From an uncultured Spirochaetota bacterium (lineage in GTDB: Bacteria; Spirochaetota; Brevinematia; Brevinematales; JAOACQ01), in NCBI GenBank assembly GCA_963783575.1, contig CAWAOD010000013.1, positions 192,001 through 256,000 of the forward strand: a DNA stretch of 64,000 nt, in the 5' to 3' direction. A program made the position numbers and the translations under genes. The notes beneath the pieces were generated by a model, which searched no databases, had not been told where the DNA came from, and worked only from the letters and a program-made list of their open reading frames with translations. Shown here in pieces: positions 50,151-60,721 of this stretch. Position 1 is the first letter of the stretch; each line of letters starts with the position of its first letter.

Positions 50151-51855
50151 TAAAAGTCTGCCGTTTTGCCTTTGAAGGAAATAAATAATTCATCAGATCG
50201 TATAAAATCATAATTATAGCTGTAAGTATCCCGATAGATAATATTGGGAGGGCAACAGGAGGGGTGAGGCCCATCAGGAAAGGGCCGTAACTGAGAAATG
50301 AGATTAATATTATAATTACCGGCAAATAAAAATATTTCGGGAAATAGAAAGCGAAAATAATGGATATGATATCGGCAGCAAAATAATATCTCTCATGCAT
50401 CCTTGGCAGCAGAAAGGGAATTATTAAAACCGAAATCAGCGATAGTTTAATAACCAGATCATTGGTTATAAATCTCCGGGTCCTTAGTAAGGCAAGTGAA
50501 ATAATAAATACTGCCGCGGTAGTAAGAATTATACCGGCCGGGACAAAAGTACCGGCAAGACCTGGGGAAAGCCATTGATAAAAATTTGCGCAGCCGTAAG
50601 ATAAAAGATTTCCGAAGGCAGACGCCTGATTTACATATATCAGATACATATCCTGAACCGGCCTTCCAAGTAATATGCAGGGAATGAATGATGAAATATA
50701 AGCTGCCGGTATAAGCAGGAAGTATTTCCAGTGAATCTCCTTTTTTATCAAAAGGAAGAAATATAAAGGCGTGATGAAAACAGACTGCAGTTTAAATGAA
50801 AGGGCAAACCCTAAAAATATAAAGGCTGCAATCAACTTGTGTTTGATTATATAATAAATCGAAGCGATTATCAATCCAGTATAAATAATATCGCACTGTC
50901 CCCACATCTGAGTGTTTAAAATCATTGTCGGTGAAAACAGAATGGTATAAAAAGCAATAACAGGGAGATCAATCGCTTTATCCCAGCTTCCGGTTCTTTC
51001 ATTAACTATAAGAGCAGCATATACCGAAGCGAGAATCTCAAACAGAAAATAAATCAGTTTTATTGCAAGGGCCTTTTTAATAGGCAGGTAAACCGCAAAA
51101 GTTATCAAATATATAAATAATGGGGTATAATCATAGAATTTATCCTTCAGGGCAAATATTCCGTTATGATTCTTTATATAATCGTGCCAGCCCAGGAAAA
51201 CACTGAAATCGCCGCTTCCGTAATCCTTCATATAATAACAGATCAGTACGGAAAGAATTCCGAGTAAAACGGCTATAATTACAGCCTGATTTCCTGACAT
51301 CTTTTTGTGCAGGTTGAAAAATAATAAAGGGATCGAAATCATAATGGCTGATAAGATAAAAAGGATAGCGATTAAAATATCCGTGATTAATGCATGGCTG
51401 TAATCCGGTTTGATCTCCAGCGCGCTTCTGCCGCCGTAATTCCGGAGCCCGATTTCTATTCTGTTTTTCCCAAATTTTAAGTATTTGCCGAGTTCGAAAT
51501 AAAAACCTGTGTAATAATCCTGCAGCGAGCCGGAATTTAACTGATCCAGTGGGATATCAGCGGCGTTAACCTTCAGATAGAGAAATTTGTCGTCAGGTAT
51601 TATATGAACCCATATTGGTGTGATTAGATTCCGGGTCATTACCCCTTTTATTAAAAAATCTCCGGTGGGTGCCGAAGTGTCCTCAAAGGGCATGGCAAAG
51701 GAATTACTTGATCCTCCCGGATATATTATTTCAGCATTCTGTAATTTTAATATTGATAAATTTAGTAAGATAACTGTTAAAATGATCGATAGAATTACCG
51801 CTGCAGCCAATAGAATAAACCGCATTTTCCGTCTTTTATCTAGAATTAAAAACAT
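50110..51855 (-). CDS. Polytopic GT-C-like mannosyltransferase (GT87/PIG-M-like) with N-terminal beta-sandwich domain
   Basis: DYTPLFIY, WGQCD, KLQS, LPRMHERY. Confidence 0.72.
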   Translation of the reverse strand: MFLILDKRRKMRFILLAAAVILSIILTVILLNLSILKLQNAEIIYPGGSSNSFAMPFEDTSAPTGDFLIKGVMTRNLITPIWVHIIPDDKFLYLKVNAADIPLDQLNSGSLQDYYTGFYFELGKYLKFGKNRIEIGLRNYGGRSALEIKPDYSHALITDILIAILFILSAIMISIPLLFFNLHKKMSGNQAVIIAVLLGILSVLICYYMKDYGSGDFSVFLGWHDYIKNHNGIFALKDKFYDYTPLFIYLITFAVYLPIKKALAIKLIYFLFEILASVYAALIVNERTGSWDKAIDLPVIAFYTILFSPTMILNTQMWGQCDIIYTGLIIASIYYIIKHKLIAAFIFLGFALSFKLQSVFITPLYFFLLIKKEIHWKYFLLIPAAYISSFIPCILLGRPVQDMYLIYVNQASAFGNLLSYGCANFYQWLSPGLAGTFVPAGIILTTAAVFIISLALLRTRRFITNDLVIKLSLISVLIIPFLLPRMHERYYFAADIISIIFAFYFPKYFYLPVIIILISFLSYGPFLMGLTPPVALPILSIGILTAIIMILYDLMNYLFPSKAKRQTFINKFRKQKTFRLK

Positions 51856-52038
51856 TCAATGACTCCCTGTAACAATATAAATAAATTGAAATATCAAAGC
51901 AGGACTTTGAAATATCAAAGCAGGGTATCGGAATTAAAACCGCAATTCTTGATAATTTCAGGAACTTTCTGTAAAATATGCCTGTTCTGGCATTGTATTG
52001 CGTTAATAAAAAAAATCTAAAGAATAATAGGATGTTTT

Positions 52039-52806
52039 ATGCTGGCAAAAAGAATTATTCCATGTCTTGACATCGATAAAGGCAGGGTAGTAAAGGGTAT
52101 TAATTTCGTGAATATAAAAGACGCCGGCGATCCTGTGGAAAACGCTGTTTTTTATAACGATGAGGGCGCGGATGAACTTGTCTTTCTGGATATTACCGCA
52201 AGCCATGAAAACCGGGAGACTCTTGTTGATGTTGCGAGAAGAGTTGCCCGTGAGATTTTCATCCCTTTCACAATCGGAGGCGGTATCAGGAAGATTGAGG
52301 ATATTCGAAGCATGCTCAACGCCGGCGCGGATAAGGTTTCCATAAATTCGGCCGCGGTTAAAAACCCTGAATTTGTTAAAGAATCGGCGAGGGTATTCGG
52401 CAGCTCGACAATGGTTGTCGCAATAGACGCAAAAAGAGTATCTCCTGGTAAATGGCATGTTTTTATAAACGGAGGGCGCATCGATACAGGCCTTGACGCC
52501 GTGGAGTGGGGCAGGAAGGCTTGTTCATGCGGAGCCGGTGAAATCCTGCTTACTTCTATGGACAGGGACGGTACAAAGGACGGCTATGATATCGAACTTA
52601 CAAGAAAAATATCCGAAACCGTTACAATTCCTGTTATCGCCTCGGGAGGAGCCGGAAAGCCCGAGCACTTCCTTGAAGCCTTTAAGGATGGACTGGCGAG
52701 CGCAGCTCTGGCCGCGTCATTATTCCATTTCCGCGAGCTATCCATCACCGGGGTTAAAAATTACCTGAAGGAAAACGGTATTCCTGTCAGAATGGATTAT
52801 CTATGA
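52039..52806 (+). CDS. hisF: Imidazole glycerol phosphate synthase cyclase subunit
   Basis: [40 protein letters not shown]. Confidence 0.97.
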   Translation: MLAKRIIPCLDIDKGRVVKGINFVNIKDAGDPVENAVFYNDEGADELVFLDITASHENRETLVDVARRVAREIFIPFTIGGGIRKIEDIRSMLNAGADKVSINSAAVKNPEFVKESARVFGSSTMVVAIDAKRVSPGKWHVFINGGRIDTGLDAVEWGRKACSCGAGEILLTSMDRDGTKDGYDIELTRKISETVTIPVIASGGAGKPEHFLEAFKDGLASAALAASLFHFRELSITGVKNYLKENGIPVRMDYL

Positions 52807-53715
52807 AATATCTTTTAAATATTTTTGATCTGGATGGCACCCTTGTAGACAGCCATGTTGCCATCTCAATGGCTATGAACGGTGTTCTGAGAGAAATTGG
52901 CCTGCCTGAGCAGGATACGCAAACCCTGAAAAGGATGATCGGCAGGCCGATCGAAGATATGATGAAAGCTTGCGGTATCGAAAATATTAAAAAGGGGATT
53001 GAAATTTACCGAAGTTATTATTTTCAATATATTAAAGATTATCAAAAGGTTTTTCCCGGGATTAAGGATATTCTTGACAGCCTTAAAAATAAAGTATTGC
53101 TCGCAGTAGCCACCAATAAAAGCAGGCCCGGCACACTTTTGTCGCTGGAAGGAGCAGGACTCGCCGGATATTTTGACATTATAGTAACCGAATCCGAAAT
53201 CAAACATTTGAAGCCCGATCCGGATTCATTCGGCAGGATAATCAAATTTTTCCGTTCCGAAGGAAAAATTCCTGGAAAAAGATGATATACTCATGATAGG
53301 GGACAGCCCAATCGATATTGAATTTGCCAAAAACTGCGGAATAGACGGCGCATTTGCGAAATGGGGATTTTATAAACCGGAGGATTTAACTGCAAAGGCA
53401 TCATATTACTTATCGAAACCTCAAGAACTTTATAAGATTGACGGCATTGACGAAGTTGTCGAAATTGAAGTCACGAGCGAGTTGGACCTTCATACTTTTA
53501 TACCGAAAGATGTCGGACTCCTGATAAGGGATTATCTTTACACTGCGAATAAAAAGGGTTTTAAAACAGTCCGCATCATCCATGGAAAAGGAATCGGAGT
53601 GCAGAGGCGGATTGTAAGGGATATACTGAAAAAAAGCAGCCTTGTTGAGAATTTTTACGATGCTCCTCCATATATCGGAGGCCTGGGGGCAACCATTGTC
53701 GAGCTTAAAGGCTGA
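52803..53715 (+). CDS. HAD-family hydrolase fused to an Smr domain (one frameshift at ~53265)
   Basis: FDLDGTL, ATNK, KPDP, then MIGDSPID in frame with [14 protein letters not shown]; the shift falls at an A run. Confidence 0.75.
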
Positions 53716-53752
53716 ATGACCATTCCCTGATTAAACTGTCCGGAGGAACGGG

Positions 53753-54548
53753 ATGATAAATACGGCAGCTCCGCTTATTTTTGCATTTTTTTTAATTGCT
53801 GATGCGGAATTTTGTAAATTGAAGCCCCTCTATAACCCCGGCGACAGGCTTTATGTCCTTGCTTTATCCGGTTTGAGCGTAAGGCAGGATCCGGTAATTA
53901 CAGGTAAAAAGCTGTTAAAAGTCCAGTATGGAGAAACTATTAAAGTTTTGATGGATCGAAAATCCCGGAAGATTTTTGAGTATGAAGGTATAAGGGGATT
54001 CTGGGTATTCTCAGAATACAATAACATAAGGGGCTATATGTTTGACGGTTTTTTATCCCGCCTTCCCGCTCCGAATCCCGGGTCCAGATCAATTGAAAAT
54101 TATCTAGACAAACAGATCGGTATGTCTGGAGGGCCTTTATCAAACTTTAACATAAGCCCGGACGGCGGGAATACAAACTTACAGATAAGCATTAAATACA
54201 AAAATAATATAGAATATACAAAATCAACCTCGGGTAATGAGTATAAAATAAGCGTTAATATCCGAAATATCCGTGTTGAGGAAGCATTCCTGATACTTAA
54301 ACTGCTGAATATTGACGCGTTGAACGGCCTTGAAACATTCCCGGTTACCAATATGTCGGTTTATTACATTGATATTAAAAATAACACTGCCCTTTTGAAG
54401 GATATCAAAGTATTAAAAAATGATGATGGAACGGAATTATTCGATCTTCATGCCCGGGATTCAGGACAGCGGGTATACCGGTTTTATAACTATAAAAAAG
54501 TCATTCTTAAATATGGTGGAAATAATTCTTGGCGGAAGCTTGTTTTGA
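53753..54548 (+). CDS. Exported SH3-like domain protein (probably a separate gene)
   Basis: LYVLALSGLSVRQDP...GYMFDGFLS is a bacterial SH3 pattern; an alternative frame gives a plausible C-terminus ending ~54548. Confidence 0.55.
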
Positions 54549-54586
54549 AAAGACGGTTTCAATCCTTTCCTGTTAAGGAATTCCTG

Positions 54587-55942
54587 ATGCCGGGCAGAGA
54601 AAATATCTTAAGAGAAAAGATCCTAACATATATCCTGATAGCAATAATTATACACGGAATAATACTTATTTATTGCGGAAGTTTTATAATCGGCGGCAGT
54701 AATGGCGGGCTTAATAATATTGCAAAAAACAGGAGCATTGATCTTTTTACGATTGAAGACTCTGCAGAACGTGGAAGAAAAAAAACACAGTCCCGCAGTC
54801 TCATAGGGAAAAAGGTTAATCACTCGGCCTTGAATAATTTTCCTGGAAATAAAACACAAAATACACCTGAAATCAAACAGCCGTTGACCAATACAAATCA
54901 GATCATGCCCGGTGAAATTGTAACAAATTCAAATTATACACTTTCAATGAATGCAAATTCTTTGTCCGGAATTATTACAATTCAGCCGGAAATATCAAAT
55001 ATAATAGCTTCGAATTCAATAAATACGCAGGAAATATCCGTAAAAGAGCCGGTAAATGAGAAATTAACGGATATTATAAATCAAAATAATATATCCGAAA
55101 GCGGATCAAATGAGACGATTACTATATCATCTCAAACAATGATGATATCATCGCAGGTTGAAACAATTTCAAATGAAACAGCGGCTGTTTTAACGCAAAC
55201 AAATGTTCCGCAGGAAACAGGAGATTTATTTTTTAATATCGGCGAAAAAATCGATTATGACGTTGAGGTTCAGGTCGATAAACTGCCATATATTAAGGGG
55301 ACTGTTGGTACAGTTGAAGTTAAAGTTAAGGAAGTGACAAACATCCGGGAAAGGCCGGTCTTTCACTGCACAGCGGATGTAAGGTCGCTCGATTCTATAA
55401 TAAACTTATATGTTCTTAAAGACTTTTTTGAGACCTGGTTTGACGCCGAATTTCTTGAGACTTACCAGATCGAGAAAAACGTCCGGGAAGGCGGCTGGCT
55501 AGATTATATCACCAACTTTTTTCATTCCGGGGAAGGATACGGGATCGTCCATTCAAAATCAACAGGCCCGGATGGCAACCGTTACGACATGCTGCCGCAT
55601 TCTTACGATATCATCACCCTTCTGTTCTTTCTCAGGATTACCGAAAAGGATAAGCCCCTTGATATAAACTGGGTGGCGGATTTCGGCCAGAAGAAAAATT
55701 TAAAAATCGAATTTTCCGAGGGCGGTGAACTGGAATTGAACCTTAATGGGAAAAAGGAGATGATCAGGACCCTGATTGCCCATGAAAAGGACACGGGAAT
55801 TACGGTCTACCTGGCAAAGGATTACGACAACATGCCTGTTAAAGCAGTAATCCCCGCTTTTAAGATTGTCGGTTATACAATTAACCTGAACGCGACGTTC
55901 AAAAGATATTTGCCGGGGCAAAAGACGCAGAAGAACTGGTAA
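54587..55942 (+). CDS. TM anchor, low-complexity linker and DUF3108-like domain protein
   Basis: AAGGA RBS before ATG 54587; FNIGEKIDY, YDIITLLFFLR, VYLAKDYDNMPVK. Confidence 0.6.
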   Translation: MPGRENILREKILTYILIAIIIHGIILIYCGSFIIGGSNGGLNNIAKNRSIDLFTIEDSAERGRKKTQSRSLIGKKVNHSALNNFPGNKTQNTPEIKQPLTNTNQIMPGEIVTNSNYTLSMNANSLSGIITIQPEISNIIASNSINTQEISVKEPVNEKLTDIINQNNISESGSNETITISSQTMMISSQVETISNETAAVLTQTNVPQETGDLFFNIGEKIDYDVEVQVDKLPYIKGTVGTVEVKVKEVTNIRERPVFHCTADVRSLDSIINLYVLKDFFETWFDAEFLETYQIEKNVREGGWLDYITNFFHSGEGYGIVHSKSTGPDGNRYDMLPHSYDIITLLFFLRITEKDKPLDINWVADFGQKKNLKIEFSEGGELELNLNGKKEMIRTLIAHEKDTGITVYLAKDYDNMPVKAVIPAFKIVGYTINLNATFKRYLPGQKTQKNW

Positions 55943-56093
55943 AACTTCTTACTTTCTTTCCTGAAAACGTCAGGAAATAACCGCCCGAGAGGGCGGGTTG
56001 CTATCGGAAGCTTGCTGCGTCAAAACACACTCACGCCGATGCGGCCTTTATTCCACATCCGTGTCTCAGCATCGGCCGCCGGCCGCATCCTTG

Positions 56094-56240
56094 GGTTCAC
56101 TGAAAATCAGCATAAATCTTAAAATATTTAATAAACAGTATTTAATTGGTGTCATATCCTGTTTTATAACAATGAGTTATAAAAGCAATTAGAAAAGGTT
56201 GGTTATAGTTTTCAAATTTTAACTCATTTTTCAGTGAACC
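56094..56240. mobile_element. 147-bp MITE with 8-bp target duplication CATCCTTG
   Basis: TIR GGTTCACTGAAAA / TTTTCAGTGAACC; CATCCTTG at 56086-56093 and 56241-56248; non-coding. Confidence 0.88.
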
Positions 56241-56248
56241 CATCCTTG

Positions 56249-58096
56249 ATTTTGCTGAAAAATAATGTAAAAAAACAACCGTCTTTTCCAAATTTTAAAT
56301 ATTTTTTAATTTTTACCTAAGACACAGATCAATTTTGCCTTACGTCATTATTTACCTCTTTTTCCCCGGATTCTTTGAGCATTATACCCTCTATGTTACT
56401 CTATTAAGCCAATATTCCTTCAGATATTGGCAACTTTTGTTGTAATGACAATATTTTCTTAATATATCTTTTGAAGTTCACCGCTGCCCCTGTCATTAAA
56501 TACTGGAATTGTCTGCCTTCTGTTCCTTTATATTTTATTTTCCTGAGTCCATGAAATCTTACCGATTCGCTGATTGTGCCTTCTACCTGCGCCCTTACAC
56601 TCATTTCGCTTTTAAATTTAGCGGTTTTTTGTTCTTCCCTCCGTTTTCTCAAATGATCGTAATCCATCCCGACTCTTATTATGCGCATCTTTTCCCTTCC
56701 GGCTACACAATCTTTGAAGAAGGCGCAGGCCATACATTCATTCTTTGGAAATATTATACAATAAGCATTATCACCATTTTTTTTATGTCTTTCACTTCTA
56801 ACGCCCTTCGGACAGGTAGCTGTCAGGTTTTTCATATCAATCTTGAAATTTTCTAATTTAAAATTCTTTGGCTTTAATGAAGTGTCTTTCTGTACATAAC
56901 CCATCAGATTTTCTCCACGTTCTTCGAATTCCCTTATTGCCGTTCCGCTTAAATAATTTGTATCTGCATATGTCTTATCAGGCTTCAAGCCCCTTTCATC
57001 ATTCATCTCTTTGAGCTTAGGAAGAATTTTATTATCATTCTCATTCGCAGGCTGTTGTATCATACCGACTATAAAATTGATTTCCCCTTTCTCCGCGGTT
57101 TCAACAACATGGCACTTTTCTCCTACCCAACTTGTTTTACCCTTTTTGCCCAGTTTCAATGTCGGATCGTCAGGCGTGAAAATCGTTTGCTTCGGGGTTA
57201 CTATTTCTTCCACTTCAATGAATTCTTTATTCCCCACTTCCTTTGTCCGGATGATCACATTCTCAGAAAAAATAGTTTCCATAATCTCTAATTGCCTCAA
57301 TTCTTTAAGGCTTTCTGCCGGATTATCCATAATGCCCCTCTTAATCCTGAAACCGTCTTCAACAATCTCTGCCTGCCTGTCTCCCCGTTTTTCTTTTGAT
57401 AATCCGAAGGAACTGAAATCTTTACTGTAACGTTCCTGTATATCATCCGGAATCATCTTGTTATAATATTCAGGGTCAATTTTTCCTATCTCTATAACAA
57501 CCCATTTTACTGCCCGAAACAGAAGATCAGTAGTGGATATTCTGTTTAAATGCTTTACAACATGAGTCGCATCAATCCTTTGCTTGGCATGGTCTCTAAT
57601 GAAACCCTTTTTCTTGATTTGATTTAATAGAGTGTCAAATATGATGCACATTTTATCGTTTTCTATAAGTCTTTTCCTGAATACGCAAAGTGTGCTGGCT
57701 TCAAAGATATCCTTAGCGGCAACTTCAAGATGCAGGCCAATTTTCCAGTCAAGTCTTGTGTTAACGGCTTTTACCGTTTCATCGTCGGACAGTGATTCTT
57801 TCCATTGAAGTAATGTTACCATAGCAAGGAATGAAGGTGATCTGCAATTTCTTCCAACGTCTGAATAACAATCTTTAAAAGGCTCGTTATTAAATATTGG
57901 GAAAAGCTCTTTACTGAACACTTGCATTGGATCGGAAGGCTTCAGGAAATCTTTCATCACTATATGTGCCGAATAGAGACTTTCTTCTTTTTCTTTTGGT
58001 AAAGACATATAAGTCCTCATTTGTAAATTATTATTAATATTATAACACGTATCTATATAAATAGCGATGATTGCCCTCTACATTTTTCAGCAAAAT
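56249..58096 (-). mobile_element. IS1182-like insertion sequence with 8-bp target duplication CATCCTTG
   Basis: 15-bp perfect TIR ATTTTGCTGAAAAAT; CATCCTTG at 56241-56248 and 58097-58104. Confidence 0.9.
56404..58020 (-). CDS. IS1182-like DDE transposase
   Basis: LSDDET, STLCVFRKRL, RIDATH, YADTNY, Cys cluster, RAQVEGTISE. Confidence 0.9.
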   Translation of the reverse strand: MRTYMSLPKEKEESLYSAHIVMKDFLKPSDPMQVFSKELFPIFNNEPFKDCYSDVGRNCRSPSFLAMVTLLQWKESLSDDETVKAVNTRLDWKIGLHLEVAAKDIFEASTLCVFRKRLIENDKMCIIFDTLLNQIKKKGFIRDHAKQRIDATHVVKHLNRISTTDLLFRAVKWVVIEIGKIDPEYYNKMIPDDIQERYSKDFSSFGLSKEKRGDRQAEIVEDGFRIKRGIMDNPAESLKELRQLEIMETIFSENVIIRTKEVGNKEFIEVEEIVTPKQTIFTPDDPTLKLGKKGKTSWVGEKCHVVETAEKGEINFIVGMIQQPANENDNKILPKLKEMNDERGLKPDKTYADTNYLSGTAIREFEERGENLMGYVQKDTSLKPKNFKLENFKIDMKNLTATCPKGVRSERHKKNGDNAYCIIFPKNECMACAFFKDCVAGREKMRIIRVGMDYDHLRKRREEQKTAKFKSEMSVRAQVEGTISESVRFHGLRKIKYKGTEGRQFQYLMTGAAVNFKRYIKKILSLQQKLPISEGILA

Positions 58097-58412
58097 CATC
58101 CTTGCGGCCTATCTCTGTGAGTGTGTTTTGCCTCCGCTTAACATTCCGAAAGCCTTGTAAAGGAAGAATAGCCGGGAGATTGATAAATGATTCTTTTATG
58201 TTCAATATTAACTAAAAATTATCGGTTCATTTATGGTTATTGGCCGGCTGTTCCGGGGATTGTTGTTTAAAGGAATTTACTTGCAGGGTTTCTTATTCAT
58301 TTTAATAACTAATATGGAAATGGAACTAATACTTAGGTGAGAATTTACAGCCTTATGACAGATTGTAAAGTTAGCGTACAAGAAAAAATTGACATTTAAT
58401 AAACAACCAAGC

Positions 58413-58442
58413 TTGACAGCCAATAACCAAAAGTATTATAAT
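58413..58442 (+). promoter_or_regulatory. Consensus sigma70 promoter upstream of the ankyrin gene
   Basis: TTGACA-18 bp-TATAAT. Confidence 0.55.
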
Positions 58443-58857
58443 GAATTTGTTAAATTCGTTGGTCGGAATATGATATACTGGTGTATGTACTATCTAATTT
58501 GACAGAAGAAGAAATTTAGATAGTGGAAGGTATTTGGGCAGTTAACCCGACTGATTTTTATCAATTAAATTAACTTAAGGATATTTTATGAATAAAAGGA
58601 TAGTTTTTAACATTTTCTCAATTATTTTGTCAATCACAATAAAAATGTTTTTGCTGCTGTTCTCAATAATGAATTCAATGAAGTAATCGAAAAAAGCAGG
58701 ACAGAAATGATGAATGATTCAAAAGAAAGGCTTATATCAAATATAGAAAATCTAATCAATAACAACACGAAATTGGATACATTATCTACAAAAGGCTGGA
58801 CAGATTTAATGGTAGCAGTTTATAAAAATGATTTGTCTTATGTAAAGAAATTAATTA

Positions 58858-60721
58858 GTGCCTGAACGGAAACTCCAATTTTAAAAAATTTCTAAATCAA
58901 AAGCTCAGTTATGCTATTTTCCTGATTACAAAAATTTTTCCTGAAACAAAACTTATTAAATACTTTGCACCGTATCTAAGAATTAATACAAAAAAAACCA
59001 AAATATAACATTTTAAAAGCTTATGGGCAGACTATACCCTTAGATATCAAATTAGCCGGAAAATCTATGCTGCCTTCATAATTTTCTTTTTTCCCGGGAG
59101 GCGTGCCTCTCTTTCCTGCCTCTTTATCTCTTTCTGCACAAGGATATGTCCCATAATCTGAATGTTCCTGGCGACAAAAGACAAACTGACATACCTCTTA
59201 AACCCAACTATTCCATGGTCAAGGCATCTGTCCAAACCATGATTTTCCATGGCGCTGATCCCTGACTCCACAGCTCTATGTGCCCGTTTTGCCACCCGGT
59301 ACTCCTCTGTTTTTTCCCGCTCCTTTTCATCAATCGTTAGCTTGCCTTTCCTTGTCATAATCAGTTTATCCACCATTTTTCCCAGTTTGCTCTTGTTTTC
59401 AGGACTGTAAAATCCTTTATCATAGCTCACCTGTCTGATGTTATTAAATACAGAAATAGTTTCTTCCATAATACTAACTGCCACCGCTTCGTCAGTCTTC
59501 TTTTCCATAACCATGTGATTAAGCATAAAACCAAACTGATCCTGCACCACACAAACCCGGACTCCAAGTTCCTGTGGTACTCCGGCTTTTCCTTTACTGA
59601 TCCACTCTGTATGAGGCTCGAAAATCGAAAATATTTTCTCTTCGTGATGGATAACCTCACCTTTCAGTACCCGTCTGTTGACTTGATCCATCAGCTTTAG
59701 AGCCAGCCTAATATAATGTTCTAATGTCATTTCCAATGGTATATTTGTAACCATCTTTAGAGAATCTGTTACTTTCAAGAGAATATTTTCGATATCCTTG
59801 AGATAATTCCTGTATTCCTTTTTTATCCGTTTGTCACTTTTACCTATCTTTACTTGATCTTTTGAAGTCGATCGTTTCAGCCTTTGTATGCTCATAACTT
59901 TTTTTTTAAGCTTCCCGATAGTATGTTTCCCCTGGCGAAAACCTGTTAGACCTGCATTTTTAAAGAATCCGACTATACCTGTAATTACCTTTCTCATGGC
60001 ATCAAACAGAAGACTGATATCTGTCGGGAAATGAACGTCTGTTTCAACAACAAAGGAATCAACCTTCACTTTTAAACCTTTTTTTGCTTTTTCCCCAATA
60101 AGATCGTGGCCGGCTTTAACAACCACTTCATTAATCTTTGATAGTATTTCAGGAGTGAATAGAGAAATGTTCTCCCTGAGTGTCTGCAAAGCATATCTAT
60201 CGACAGTAAACTCAGTTTTGCCAAGCATCTGCCTTATAGCTTTGTGATTATTCGCCTGATCCTGGAGTTTGTCATAGTCCCAGTTGCAATTCAATCGCAG
60301 CATTCCCATCACAAAGATTTCCCATATACTCATCCCCTTTCTTCCGATTCTTTTCTTTTTTTTATCTGGTATCATTTCCTCAAATATCTTGAATATTTTG
60401 TCCTTGATTTCAGGATTGCAATATATATATTTCAGGCCCATAAGCAGCTTTGGAACCTCGTCACGGCAAGTTAAATCAATCACTATTTCACTGATATCAA
60501 CTTCACCGATCTTTTTCTGTACTTCTTCGTTTTGTCTCATAAATTTTTCCTCGAAGATTTAAAAAATTATATTTTTGTCGGGTTGATGCATGTCCATATC
60601 TGATAATATATTATAGCATTTTTATTCGGTTTTGTATTGCTTTTTTATTCAAATCTTCAATTTTATTTTATGCCATAATTCCCTTGCTAGTACTGCATTA
60701 TCTGTATTTCCGTTCAGACAC
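58858..60721 (-). mobile_element. ISNCY/IS5-like insertion sequence with TAATTA target duplication
   Basis: TIR GTG(C/T)CTGAACGGAAA; TAATTA at 58852-58857 and 60722-60727. Confidence 0.88.
59065..60540 (-). CDS. DDE transposase (ISNCY/IS5-like)
   Basis: VDSFVVETDVHFPTD, KIFSIFEPHTEWISKGK, SYDKGF, HRAVESGI. Confidence 0.9.
   Translation of the reverse strand: MRQNEEVQKKIGEVDISEIVIDLTCRDEVPKLLMGLKYIYCNPEIKDKIFKIFEEMIPDKKKKRIGRKGMSIWEIFVMGMLRLNCNWDYDKLQDQANNHKAIRQMLGKTEFTVDRYALQTLRENISLFTPEILSKINEVVVKAGHDLIGEKAKKGLKVKVDSFVVETDVHFPTDISLLFDAMRKVITGIVGFFKNAGLTGFRQGKHTIGKLKKKVMSIQRLKRSTSKDQVKIGKSDKRIKKEYRNYLKDIENILLKVTDSLKMVTNIPLEMTLEHYIRLALKLMDQVNRRVLKGEVIHHEEKIFSIFEPHTEWISKGKAGVPQELGVRVCVVQDQFGFMLNHMVMEKKTDEAVAVSIMEETISVFNNIRQVSYDKGFYSPENKSKLGKMVDKLIMTRKGKLTIDEKEREKTEEYRVAKRAHRAVESGISAMENHGLDRCLDHGIVGFKRYVSLSFVARNIQIMGHILVQKEIKRQEREARLPGKKKIMKAA

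Noticed and set aside
53753..55942. A 729-aa SH3-TM-DUF3108 fusion protein
   Set aside because: An internal RBS and ATG at 54587 and a plausible alternative-frame C-terminus ending ~54548 suggest two genes joined by an indel.
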